The position numbers and the translations under genes were made by a program. From contig CAXXVZ010000003.1 of NCBI GenBank assembly GCA_963678065.2, positions 896,001 through 960,000 of the forward strand: 64,000 bases of DNA. Reading direction: 5' to 3'. The notes beneath the pieces are model-generated. The model did not search any database. It saw nothing but the letters and a program-made list of their open reading frames with translations, and was not told the DNA's origin. This document shows, piece after piece, positions 48,404 to 57,273 of the stretch (the stretch's first letter is position 1; each line of letters begins with the position of its first letter). The stretch comes from Treponemataceae bacterium (GTDB lineage: Bacteria; Spirochaetota; Spirochaetia; Treponematales; Rectinemataceae).

Positions 48404-49777
48404 ATGCACATGAAAAAAGGACGAGAACTTGTACTCGACGCACTTTCCCACAAGGAGCTGGCCAGGGCTCCCTGGGTGCCCTACACCGGCGTCCAGATCG
48501 CGAATCTGCGCGGGTACGACGCGGAAGAGCTGCTGAAAGACAGCTCGAAGCTCGTCGAATGCCTCCTCGAGGCCCACAGACAGTACAGCCCCGACGGCAT
48601 GCCCGTCGTCTTCGACCTCCAGATCGAGGCCGAAATCCTCGGATGTCCCCTCGTCTGGTCAAAGGATACACCGCCCTCCGTCGCGGGCCACCCCCTCGAA
48701 TCCGCGGAGCGCCAGGCCATCGTCGATCTGAAGATTCCGACAGTCGCCGACGGCCGCATCCCCTTAGTCCTCGACGCCATGCGCCGGACTCGCGCGGCGC
48801 TGCCCGAGACCGCCCTCTACGGCCTCGCATGCGGCCCCTTCACCCTCGCCTCCCACCTGCGCGGAACCAACATCTTCCTCGATATGTACGACAACCCCGA
48901 GTTCGTCCAGGACCTCATCGCCTTTTCAGTCAAAGTCTTCAAGGCGATGGCGACGATGTTCATCGAGGCTGGCATGGACGTCATCGGCTCCGTGGATCCC
49001 CTCGTCTCCCAGATCGCGCCCGCGACCTTTGAAGAATTCCTCCTCGCCCCCTACACCGAGCTGTTCTCTTTCCTGCGTGAGAAGGGAGCGAAAAGTTCCT
49101 TCTTCGTCTGCGGCGACGCGACAAAGAACATCCCTCTCATGTGCGAGTCCGGCCCCGACTGCCTCTCCATCGACGAGAACATCGACATCGTCGCGGCCAA
49201 GCGCATCACTGACGCCGCCGGGATAGCCATCTCCGGCAACATGCAGCTCACCGTCACCATGCTTCTCGGCTCGCAGAAGGACAACCAGAAGGCGGCCCTC
49301 GATCTCCTTGATGCGATGGGAACCAGGGACTTCATCCTCGCCCCGGGCTGCGACATACCCTTCCATGTACCGGCGGAGAATATCATCGGCATCGGCCAGG
49401 CCGTCCATCATCCCAAAGGCACGAGAAAATTCCTCGTCGGCTACGAGAGGGCCGCCTTCGACCAGAATGTCGAGATGCCCGACTATGAGTCCTACGGCGC
49501 CGGCTCCTGCCTCGTCGAGGTCTACACCATCGACTCCGCGACCTGCGCGGCCTGCGGCTACATGAAGGCTGCGGCGGACGAAGCGGCCCACGGGTTCGGC
49601 GGCAGGGTGGAGGTCATCGAGCGGAAGATCCTCGATCCGGAGAACATCGTCCGGGTCGGCAAGCTCGGCCTCACGAACCTTCCCACCATCGTCGTGAACG
49701 GCGTGGCAAAATTCGTCTCCATCATCCCCAACCGCAACGAACTCGCCTCCTCCTTCAAGGAAGGGCTCGCTTCCTGA
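48404..49777 (+). CDS. URO-D family (MtaA/CmuA-like methyltransferase) protein fused to a C-terminal thioredoxin-like domain
   Basis: DLQIEAEILG, GPFTLA, FVCG, ISGN and FILAPGCDI; C-terminal TCAACGYM...LPTIVVNG. AGGAGG SD. Confidence 0.85.
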   Translation: MHMKKGRELVLDALSHKELARAPWVPYTGVQIANLRGYDAEELLKDSSKLVECLLEAHRQYSPDGMPVVFDLQIEAEILGCPLVWSKDTPPSVAGHPLESAERQAIVDLKIPTVADGRIPLVLDAMRRTRAALPETALYGLACGPFTLASHLRGTNIFLDMYDNPEFVQDLIAFSVKVFKAMATMFIEAGMDVIGSVDPLVSQIAPATFEEFLLAPYTELFSFLREKGAKSSFFVCGDATKNIPLMCESGPDCLSIDENIDIVAAKRITDAAGIAISGNMQLTVTMLLGSQKDNQKAALDLLDAMGTRDFILAPGCDIPFHVPAENIIGIGQAVHHPKGTRKFLVGYERAAFDQNVEMPDYESYGAGSCLVEVYTIDSATCAACGYMKAAADEAAHGFGGRVEVIERKILDPENIVRVGKLGLTNLPTIVVNGVAKFVSIIPNRNELASSFKEGLAS

Positions 49778-49883
49778 CCGCTCAATTCCCCTCTTCCGGC
49801 GACGGTTTCCTTCTTTACCGGTCGGGAGAGCGGGGATATACTCGCCGCATCGATTTTTTTACTACTCTCCAAAAGGGGCAGGC

Positions 49884-50420
49884 ATGAAAACGAATCGCGT
49901 TGCGGCGGCATTCTTCGTCCTCTTCCTCGTTCAGGCGGTCTTCGTCCAGGCGGCGGACAACATTCTCGGGCTGTACAAGCAGATGGACGACAAGTCCGGC
50001 AAGCCCGAGACCATCGTCCTCCTCTACAGCTACCAGGGGAAGATTTTCGGCCGGATGATGGCCTCCTACGATGAGACGACGGGAGCCATCAAAGACACCA
50101 TCTATGAACAGAAGAGCAAGGCTGAAAAGCTCGAGGGCGATCCTGCGTATTGCGGAATGGATTACCTGTACAACCTCGAGGATAAAGGCAAAGAATACCG
50201 CGGGGAAATCATCGACCCGCGAGACGGCAAAGTCTACGACTGCAGAATCTGGAGGGACAGCAACAAGCTGATCGTGCGCGGACAGCTGAAGACCTTCGGC
50301 TTCCTCCTCGGGCGCAACCAGACTTGGCTCGCGGCGAGCGCAACCGACCTTCCCGCGGACTTCGTCATGCCCGATCCCGCGACCTTCGTTCCGGTGATCC
50401 CGAAAGCCAAGAAGAAATAG
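49884..50420 (+). CDS. DUF2147 family exported protein
   Basis: Signal peptide, GEIIDPRDGKVYDC, LIVRG and LGRNQTW motifs. Confidence 0.85.
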   Translation: MKTNRVAAAFFVLFLVQAVFVQAADNILGLYKQMDDKSGKPETIVLLYSYQGKIFGRMMASYDETTGAIKDTIYEQKSKAEKLEGDPAYCGMDYLYNLEDKGKEYRGEIIDPRDGKVYDCRIWRDSNKLIVRGQLKTFGFLLGRNQTWLAASATDLPADFVMPDPATFVPVIPKAKKK

Positions 50421-50438
50421 AGCCAGAACGCATCGACG

Positions 50439-50481
50439 AAAGCCTTCCGGGAAGCCAGATCGGCGTTCCGGAAGGCTTTTT
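50439..50481. terminator. Bidirectional intrinsic terminator
   Basis: AAAGCCTTCCGG...CCGGAAGGCTTTTT between convergent genes. Confidence 0.8.
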
Positions 50482-51353
50482 CATGGAACCGCGACGGCCT
50501 TGAATCGCCTGAGCTCCGTCACGAAGGCTTCCTGGCACTGCACGATCCTGAGTTCCCGCGATCCGGCGGCGTGCGTCGCTTCGAAAACCGAGAAAACACC
50601 TTCCGTCATAGCCTCGAAGGCGGCGAGGGCATCACGCGTCCGGAGGTAGTGCCCGAGAAAGAGCGCAGAACCGAGATCCCCCGCCCCGTTCGGGAGCTGT
50701 CCGAAGGACAGCTGTGGCGTCGTGACGCGGAAAAGTTTCCCCGCGACGGAGAGCAGCATGGAGATAGTGGAATCCTGATCCGGCATTCCCGAAGCTCCTG
50801 CCGGTTTGAAGCTGGTGATGAGGATGATGCGGGGTCCGCACCCGTGGATCACTGCGCAGGCTTTCTCCGCCTCCTTCTCCGACCCGATCGAGATGCCGGA
50901 AAGGAGCTCGGCCTCGAAGAGGTTCGGGGTGACGATGTCTGCCACGGGCAGCGCCTCGTTCTTGAGAAAGGCGGGAATGTCGGGGCGGACATACACGCCC
51001 CTTCCATAATCTCCCATGACGGGATCGCAGCAGTACAGCGCACCGGGGTTGGCCACTCTCACGTCCGCGAGGGCCTTCTTGATGGACCACCCGATGGCGG
51101 CGTTGCCGAGGTAGCCGGAGAGCACGGCCTCACATTCGCCCACCACGCCCCGCTCACGGACTCCCTGCCAGATTTCGTCGATGTGGGAGCCGGGGAAAAT
51201 CTCGCCCCGCCAGGCTCCGTAGCCGGTATGGTTCGAGAATTGGACGGTATTGATGGGCCAGACCTCGAAGCCCATCCGCTCGAGGGGGAACACCGCAGAA
51301 CGGTTCCCGACATGACCGTATACGACGTGGGATTGTATCGACAGTATGGCCAT
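50481..51353 (-). CDS. pdxY: Pyridoxal kinase
   Basis: ILSIQSHVVYGHVGN, FSNHTGY, DPVMGD, TPNLFE and GAGD motifs. Confidence 0.95.
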   Translation of the reverse strand: MAILSIQSHVVYGHVGNRSAVFPLERMGFEVWPINTVQFSNHTGYGAWRGEIFPGSHIDEIWQGVRERGVVGECEAVLSGYLGNAAIGWSIKKALADVRVANPGALYCCDPVMGDYGRGVYVRPDIPAFLKNEALPVADIVTPNLFEAELLSGISIGSEKEAEKACAVIHGCGPRIILITSFKPAGASGMPDQDSTISMLLSVAGKLFRVTTPQLSFGQLPNGAGDLGSALFLGHYLRTRDALAAFEAMTEGVFSVFEATHAAGSRELRIVQCQEAFVTELRRFKAVAVP

Positions 51354-51354
51354 T

Positions 51355-52674
51355 TCAGCACTCTCCTTGCGTTCCGTCCATTTCCATGAGGCATTCCGAG
51401 AGGAAAAGGTTGGACAGATCCATTCCTCTCTCGTCGAGGGCGAGGAAGCGGGAATCGGTTTCCCGGAACCGCTCCTTCCAGCGCCCGATGGTCTTCCCCG
51501 CAAGCGCCTCGGGCTTCGAGCCAAAGCGTCGCACAAAATTTTCCAGATCCAGTCCCCGTGCCGTCCTGAAGGCCATCATCATGGTCTCGAAGGCGGCATC
51601 CCGGAAGGAGATCCACTCTTCAAGTCCAGGCAAATCCCTCTTTTCAAGATCGGGCCATTCCGAAATGCGGAGGGCTCCGGAAGGGCCATCGCCGGCCACG
51701 GCGATAGTCGATACAGCGCCCGGACCGGCCCCTATCCAGGAATCCATGCGCCAGTACGCCTCGTTGTGGAGACACTCGTGCCCGGGCAGAGCATAGTTGG
51801 AAATCTCGTAACGGCGGAATCCGCGTTCGGCCAGGAAGGCCTCCGCCTCGGCGCGCTCGTCGGCGGCGTGGTCTTCAGGGGCAGGTTCAAGCCTGCCGCC
51901 CGCGATGTCCGCAGCGATCGCGGTTCCCTCTTCCACGATGAGGTCGTAGATCGAGACATGCTCCAGTCCCTCGTCGAGTAAGCGGCGGACCTGGTCCATG
52001 AGGCGCAAAACCGGCCGCTGCCAGAGATCTGCGCCCCCCTCACGCCTCCACATGGCTTCCGGAGGAAGGGGAATAGCTGTCATGAGATCCGCGGAGACCT
52101 CGAAGCCGCGCGCGCGCGCCATGCGAAGGGCCGAAATGACCTTCGCCGAATCGCAGGGCCTTCCGAGCAGGGAGAGGACCCTGTCGTCGAGGCTCTGCGC
52201 GCCGATGCTCAGCCGCGTCACGCCGGCACGCGCCATTATTTCGAGTTTTGTCTCGTCCAGGGATTCCGGGTTAGCCTCGACAGTCCACTCTTTTATACAT
52301 CCTGAAGTCACTTCTCCGATGCCGGAGAGCAAGGTGGCAAGCTGGTCCGGCGCGAGGCGGGTAGGCGTTCCCCCTCCGACAAAGATCGTGTCGAAAATGA
52401 AGCGATCATGGGGAGTGCGGCGGGAATCGGCCGCAGCACTCCCCGGCGCAACAGATTCCTTCCCGGCGACGCGGCAGCCGAAGCGCTCCGTCAGTTTCCG
52501 GGCACGCGCGAGGGTGGACTGGATCGTCGCGTCGACGAGGGCGCGGTTTCCGCCTCGGTCAACCGTGGAAAAGAAGTCGCAATACCGGCAGCGGGATCTG
52601 CAGAAGGGGACATGGATGTACAGCGAGCGTGCCGGGGTGAATCGGACGCGACCAACCTGGCCGTCGCTTTTCAC
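51355..52674 (-). CDS. hemW: HemN-like radical SAM protein (heme chaperone HemW)
   Basis: YIHVPFCRSRCRYCDF, GGGTPT, YEISNYA and HNEAYW motifs. GTG start overlaps the lepB stop. Confidence 0.88.
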   Translation of the reverse strand: MKSDGQVGRVRFTPARSLYIHVPFCRSRCRYCDFFSTVDRGGNRALVDATIQSTLARARKLTERFGCRVAGKESVAPGSAAADSRRTPHDRFIFDTIFVGGGTPTRLAPDQLATLLSGIGEVTSGCIKEWTVEANPESLDETKLEIMARAGVTRLSIGAQSLDDRVLSLLGRPCDSAKVISALRMARARGFEVSADLMTAIPLPPEAMWRREGGADLWQRPVLRLMDQVRRLLDEGLEHVSIYDLIVEEGTAIAADIAGGRLEPAPEDHAADERAEAEAFLAERGFRRYEISNYALPGHECLHNEAYWRMDSWIGAGPGAVSTIAVAGDGPSGALRISEWPDLEKRDLPGLEEWISFRDAAFETMMMAFRTARGLDLENFVRRFGSKPEALAGKTIGRWKERFRETDSRFLALDERGMDLSNLFLSECLMEMDGTQGEC

Positions 52675-53402
52675 GGAGCACCGAGCCGGGAGAGGGGCCA
52701 ATAGCGGAACAGCACGAAGGCGACAAGAGACTCCGACTTGACCGGGCCCCAGTGGCGCGAGTCGGAAGATTCCGTCCTGGAATCTCCTGCAAGAAAGTAC
52801 TCGCCCGGGCCGAGCGTGCAGGCAGCCATGTAGCCGGAGCCGGGCAGGCCCTTGATCCATCCGGCTATGACAGTCTCCTTCCCTGCCCTGTATCGCTTTC
52901 CCGAGACCTCAGTCTCACTCCGGAAGATGCTGCTCCCCGGAGTCTTGATCCGGTACTGACCATCCTCCATGAGCACCGTGTCCCCCGGCAGGGCGATGAC
53001 CCGTTTCAGCATGACCGAGCCCGAAGGAAGTTCGGACTCAGGATACAGCGTGGATATCCGTTGAAGGGTAATGAGCCTCACGAGGCTGTCGAGAAGTCGG
53101 GGCAGGAACCTCTCCTGAGGGGCATGGGGAAGGCTCGCGAGGACTATATCTCCGCGGCGGGGCCGGATGAGGCCGGGCAACTTCCCGAAGACCGTCCGGG
53201 GACCATACGGGAGGGGTGTCGCGAAGAGACGGTCGCCGGGGGCAAACGCGGGCATCATCGAGACCGAAACGACTTCGTGGGAGCTGAGGAATGTAGCGCG
53301 GAAGCTGTCGAAAGCCACGAGCACAATGAAGACAAGAGCGAGGCGGCGCAGGAACTTCTGTCTGAACGCGACAGCCTCGGCGAACGATCTCCGCCTGCCC
53401 AT
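52671..53402 (-). CDS. lepB: Signal peptidase I (second copy)
   Basis: SVSMMP, LKRVIALPGD and GDSRTESSDSRHWG motifs. Confidence 0.9.
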   Translation of the reverse strand: MGRRRSFAEAVAFRQKFLRRLALVFIVLVAFDSFRATFLSSHEVVSVSMMPAFAPGDRLFATPLPYGPRTVFGKLPGLIRPRRGDIVLASLPHAPQERFLPRLLDSLVRLITLQRISTLYPESELPSGSVMLKRVIALPGDTVLMEDGQYRIKTPGSSIFRSETEVSGKRYRAGKETVIAGWIKGLPGSGYMAACTLGPGEYFLAGDSRTESSDSRHWGPVKSESLVAFVLFRYWPLSRLGAP

Positions 53403-53427
53403 GGACCGCAGCTCCCTTTACCTCTTC

Positions 53428-54408
53428 CTAACGGACGGAGCCGAGCCTTCCGAAGGGGAAGTAGATGAAGAGAGCCTTTCCGAGCACTTTTTTCTGGGAG
53501 ACCGGGCCGAAGTAGCGCCCATCCCTCGAGTTGTCCCTGTTGTCCCCCATGGGGAAGATGCGGCCTTCGGGAATGTACCAGCCTAGCCGGTATCGTCTCG
53601 CCGCCTCGGCGAATCTCGGATCGTTGGGATACATCGCGCTGATGGCCGAAACGCGGGCGCTGTCGTAGCCGAACCCGTCCAGATACGCGGAATTCCCGGA
53701 GGACATACCTTTGTACTCCGAGGGGACAGGAAGTCCGGCCTCTTTCCAGGCAGCCTCGATGCCGGCTCCTTCGATAGTCCGGTAATCCGAGGGCTTCACA
53801 GAGCGGATGGCGCGGAAGGCTGTGCCCGCCGACTTCGTGAACTCGGATTCCGGCACCCACTCGCCGGTTCCCCGGGGCATGAGGCTCACCTCGCCCCTCG
53901 AGATGCGCAGTCGGTCGCCGGGGACTCCTACGGCCCTCTTGATGAGGTAGTGGACTCTCTGCTCGCCGTTTTCGTCCCGGTCGATGTCGACGAGGGTCAG
54001 GGTGAGCATGTAGAGCATCTGTTGGGCGATGGTGTAGACAGGTCCGCGGGAGATGTAGCTGGGGTTCTCGAAGATGATGACCTGTCCCCGGTGAGGGCTC
54101 GCGAGTCCTGAGGTCTTCGCGACACCGGGAAGGAGCTCGGGGCCGAAGGAAAGTTTGTCGACGAAGATCATGTCTCCGATGAGGAGGGTCTTGACCATCG
54201 ACTCGGAGGGAATTCGATATGCCTGGAAAAGGTACTGATTGACGATGAGGACCACGCAGGCCGCCCAGAGGATGGCCTCGACCCAGTCGCGGACGGGGTG
54301 CTTGGCCTGCTGCTTCATCTTGGCCCTGAGACGTCTCTTCAGTCTGTAGGTGAGAACTCTTTCGGTGGCACGGACGAGGGCGCTTCTGAAATCGGATTTG
54401 GCCGTCAT
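53428..54408 (-). CDS. lepB: Signal peptidase I (first copy)
   Basis: IPSESMVKTL, IKRAVGVPGD and GDNRDNSRDGRYFG motifs. Start MTAKS. Confidence 0.93.
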   Translation of the reverse strand: MTAKSDFRSALVRATERVLTYRLKRRLRAKMKQQAKHPVRDWVEAILWAACVVLIVNQYLFQAYRIPSESMVKTLLIGDMIFVDKLSFGPELLPGVAKTSGLASPHRGQVIIFENPSYISRGPVYTIAQQMLYMLTLTLVDIDRDENGEQRVHYLIKRAVGVPGDRLRISRGEVSLMPRGTGEWVPESEFTKSAGTAFRAIRSVKPSDYRTIEGAGIEAAWKEAGLPVPSEYKGMSSGNSAYLDGFGYDSARVSAISAMYPNDPRFAEAARRYRLGWYIPEGRIFPMGDNRDNSRDGRYFGPVSQKKVLGKALFIYFPFGRLGSVR

Positions 54409-54416
54409 TGAACGGA

Positions 54417-54445
54417 AAAATACCACGATGGCCTCGCGTTGACAA
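54417..54445 (-). promoter_or_regulatory. Promoter of the lepB-lepB-hemW-pdxY operon
   Basis: Minus strand TTGTCA-N17-TATTTT (TG extended)-N8-ATG. Confidence 0.55.
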
Positions 54446-54467
54446 GCATGTATGCCCCCCCTATAAT
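54439..54467 (+). promoter_or_regulatory. Perfect-consensus sigma70 promoter
   Basis: TTGACA (54439)-N17-TATAAT (54462), with ATG 9 nt downstream. Confidence 0.85.
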
Positions 54468-54476
54468 CCACGGTAC

Positions 54477-56042
54477 ATGAAAGAAGAGAAGAAAATCACC
54501 CCCAAGGATATAGAAGAGGCGCGGATCAGGCTCGGCGTTTTCCTCGGCATGCAGCCCCGTGTCTGGCTTCCCGGCCTTGTGGCCTTCGTCGCCGCCATCC
54601 TCCTTCTCGCCCTCGCGACCGTCCCGGGAATCCGGAAAAACGGGACCTGGTATACCCTGACCTCGACGCCTTCCGGCTCCGCAGTGCTGGTCGACGGAGC
54701 CTATCTCGGGGCGACTCCGGGAAACTTCTTCCTCCCCCGCGGCCTGCGGGCCCTGACTGTCTCCCGTCCCGGATTCAGCCCGGAAACCAGGAAAATCGAG
54801 GTGAAGGGCAGGATTTTCGCGACCCTCCTCTTCCCGCGCAAGGCCAGCCTTGTGGTCCGCCTGCAGGCCACCGATCCCCGGGCTTTCCTGCACTCCTCTT
54901 TCAGCGCCTTCTCGGGCTACAGCCTCAGCGGAGCCCCCTCTGCCATCTACCAGCTTCCCCTCGTCCTTTCGGATTCCCTCCTCGCGCTCGCCGAGACAGG
55001 GAGCATGTCCTCGCTTCCGCGCACCGACGCCGCGGACTTCGTCAGGGCGGCCTTCGCCGCGTCGGGATCGGCTCAATCGGCCAGGGATGCCCTCCGAGCA
55101 TCTTTCATCGCGGCTGCCGGCGGCCCTCCTTCCCCGCTCGGCCTCGTGGCCGGCATCGAAACTCTGGCCGCCGCGTTCCAGGAGAGGCCGCAGGTCGCGA
55201 CGCTCATCGCGGCATTCGCGCCTTCGGAGGCCAAGGCAGCCATCGGCTCTTCTGCGGCGCTGAAAGCCTTGGGAGCGCGCGCCGCGGCGATCACCGCCCC
55301 CGGCTCGGGCCTTCCCCGCTCTCCTCTCGGCTCGGTCCGGGTGGGTCAGCAACCCTTCCGCAGAATACCCGCGTCGGGTATCGTCGCCTCTGGAGAGTCG
55401 CCGGGAACCAGCGCCCTCCCTTACGCCGCCGCCGTCCCCGCCTTCGCCCTCGCGGAAACCGAGACGACGCGCGCCCAGTGGGCCGCTTTCCTTGCCGCCA
55501 ATCCCGACTGGAAACCCGAGAACCGCGACACCCTCGTGGCCAAGGGCGCTGTCGACGCGGCTTATCTCGCCGACTGGAGCGACAGCTCCCTCTCGTCCTC
55601 GCTTCCCGTCACCGGCGTGTCGAAGACCGCTGCGGAGGCCTACTGCGCGTGGCTTTCGCGTTTCGCCCCACAGGGGTTCGCCGTTGTCCTGCCCTCCGAG
55701 GCCATGTGGGAGACCGTCTGCAAGGCAGGCGCCCCCGACTGGAAAAAAGCCATCCTCCTCGCGCCCGGCCGCTCAGGCCCTTCTCCTGTGGGTTTTGCGG
55801 GCGCGGACCGCTTTGGCTTCGCCGACCTCGCCGGAAATGTCTGGGAATGGTGCGACGACAGCTTCTTCCCGTTCCCCGCCTTCGCTCCGGCCTCCGGAGA
55901 GTGGAGAGGCGCCGAATTCTCCGTGCGCGGCGCCTCATGGGCCAACTCGGCGGACTCAGTCTCTCCCGCGTCCCGTGGAGGTTTCCCCGCATCCTTCTCG
56001 AGCCCCTTCCTCGGATTCCGTCCCGCCCTGGTGGTGCGATGA
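54477..56042 (+). CDS. Membrane-anchored PEGA domain plus FGE/SUMF1-like domain protein
   Basis: TM helix, PEGA (STPSGSAVLVDGAYLGATP) and FGE motifs (LPSEAMWE, DLAGNVWEWC, RGASW, GFRP). Confidence 0.85.
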   Translation: MKEEKKITPKDIEEARIRLGVFLGMQPRVWLPGLVAFVAAILLLALATVPGIRKNGTWYTLTSTPSGSAVLVDGAYLGATPGNFFLPRGLRALTVSRPGFSPETRKIEVKGRIFATLLFPRKASLVVRLQATDPRAFLHSSFSAFSGYSLSGAPSAIYQLPLVLSDSLLALAETGSMSSLPRTDAADFVRAAFAASGSAQSARDALRASFIAAAGGPPSPLGLVAGIETLAAAFQERPQVATLIAAFAPSEAKAAIGSSAALKALGARAAAITAPGSGLPRSPLGSVRVGQQPFRRIPASGIVASGESPGTSALPYAAAVPAFALAETETTRAQWAAFLAANPDWKPENRDTLVAKGAVDAAYLADWSDSSLSSSLPVTGVSKTAAEAYCAWLSRFAPQGFAVVLPSEAMWETVCKAGAPDWKKAILLAPGRSGPSPVGFAGADRFGFADLAGNVWEWCDDSFFPFPAFAPASGEWRGAEFSVRGASWANSADSVSPASRGGFPASFSSPFLGFRPALVVR

Positions 56043-56509
56043 GCATTCCCGACAACGTGAAAGTCATCGGCGTCAACCGGAGGGCCCGCTTCGACTACTA
56101 CATCGAGGATACTTTCGAATGCGGGATCCAGCTCGTAGGCACCGAGGTCAAGTCAGTGAAGGAAGGACGCATCTCTTTCCCGGACGCTTTCGCCGAGGTC
56201 AGGGAAGGCGAAGTCTGGCTCAAGAATTTCCGCATCGCCCAGAATACCTTCTCCTCGGTCTTCAACCACGATCCCGACCGGAACCGCAAGCTCCTTCTCC
56301 ACGCCCAGGAGATCAAGCGCATCGACAGGCGTGTCAGGGAGAAGGGCAACACGCTCGCCCTCCTCTCCGTCTACCTCAAGCACGGCCTCGTCAAGATCGA
56401 GATCGGCCTGTGCAAGGGCAAGAAAATGTACGACAAACGCGCAGACATCAAGGAAAGAGACATGAATATGGACCTTCGCCGTGAATTCCGCGAACGGCAG
56501 AAGGACTGA
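56039..56509 (+). CDS. smpB: SsrA-binding protein
   Basis: NRRARFDY, GIQLVGTEVKS, RKLLLH and GKKMYDKR motifs. ATGA overlap with the upstream gene. Confidence 0.97.
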   Translation: MSIPDNVKVIGVNRRARFDYYIEDTFECGIQLVGTEVKSVKEGRISFPDAFAEVREGEVWLKNFRIAQNTFSSVFNHDPDRNRKLLLHAQEIKRIDRRVREKGNTLALLSVYLKHGLVKIEIGLCKGKKMYDKRADIKERDMNMDLRREFRERQKD

Positions 56510-56515
56510 CTCTCC

Positions 56516-57148
56516 ATGAGGATAACCGGCGGGGCCTACTGTGGCAGGATAATCGACGTGCCGAGAGGAGCCCTCGAGATCCGTCCGGCCATGGACAGGA
56601 TGCGCGAATCGGTTTTCGCCGCACTCTGCGCAAGCTCACGCCGCGGCGTAAGCCGAGTCGTCAGCGAGGACGACGACAAGGACGAGGGGCTCGGCCACCG
56701 TGACGGGCTCGACAGCCTCGACAGCCTTGAGGGGCTTTCTTTCCTGGATCTCTTTTCGGGCTCGGGAATAATCGGCATCGAGGCGGCGAGCCGCGGGGCC
56801 AGGCCCGTCACCTGCGTGGAGAAGGACAGGGACAAGTTTCCCCATCTTTTGCGCAATGTCGCCATCGCCCGGGGCGCGATCACCTGCAAGTCCCAGAGTG
56901 TCGAACTTTTTCTTGCCAGGAACAAGGTCGCCCACGACATCGTTTTTTGCGACCCACCCTTCCCCTACCGTTTCAGGACGGAACTCCTCGAGCGGCTTGA
57001 ATCCGGCAAAAGCCTCAAACCTTCCGCTCTCGTCCTTTTGCATTTCCCGCACGAGGACCGCCCTCCCGAGAGGGTCGGACGGCTGGCTGTGGAGGACGAA
57101 AGGGTGTACGGAAGATCCATCGTCCGATTCTATCGATTGGGGGCATGA
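56516..57148 (+). CDS. rsmD: 16S rRNA m2G966 methyltransferase
   Basis: MRITGG, RPAMDRMRESVF, LDLFSGSG and DPPF motifs. Confidence 0.9.
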   Translation: MRITGGAYCGRIIDVPRGALEIRPAMDRMRESVFAALCASSRRGVSRVVSEDDDKDEGLGHRDGLDSLDSLEGLSFLDLFSGSGIIGIEAASRGARPVTCVEKDRDKFPHLLRNVAIARGAITCKSQSVELFLARNKVAHDIVFCDPPFPYRFRTELLERLESGKSLKPSALVLLHFPHEDRPPERVGRLAVEDERVYGRSIVRFYRLGA

Positions 57149-57155
57149 GGCGCTG

Positions 57156-57184
57156 TTGATTGTTGGTTGTTTTTGACGTATAAT
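57156..57184 (+). promoter_or_regulatory. sigma70 promoter for TPR-rlmN
   Basis: TTGATT-N17-TATAAT. Confidence 0.7.
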
Positions 57185-57273
57185 TTTACAAAACAGGGAA
57201 TGTGCATCAGGAAAGGTATTTACAAAATGGGCACGTTCATCAGGTAAAACGCCACTTCGCATCGAGGTTAAAA

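Noticed and set aside
52671..54408. Tandem signal peptidase I genes as a novel duplication
   Set aside because: The two are highly diverged, both keep the Ser/Lys dyad, and tandem lepB paralogues are known in spirochetes.
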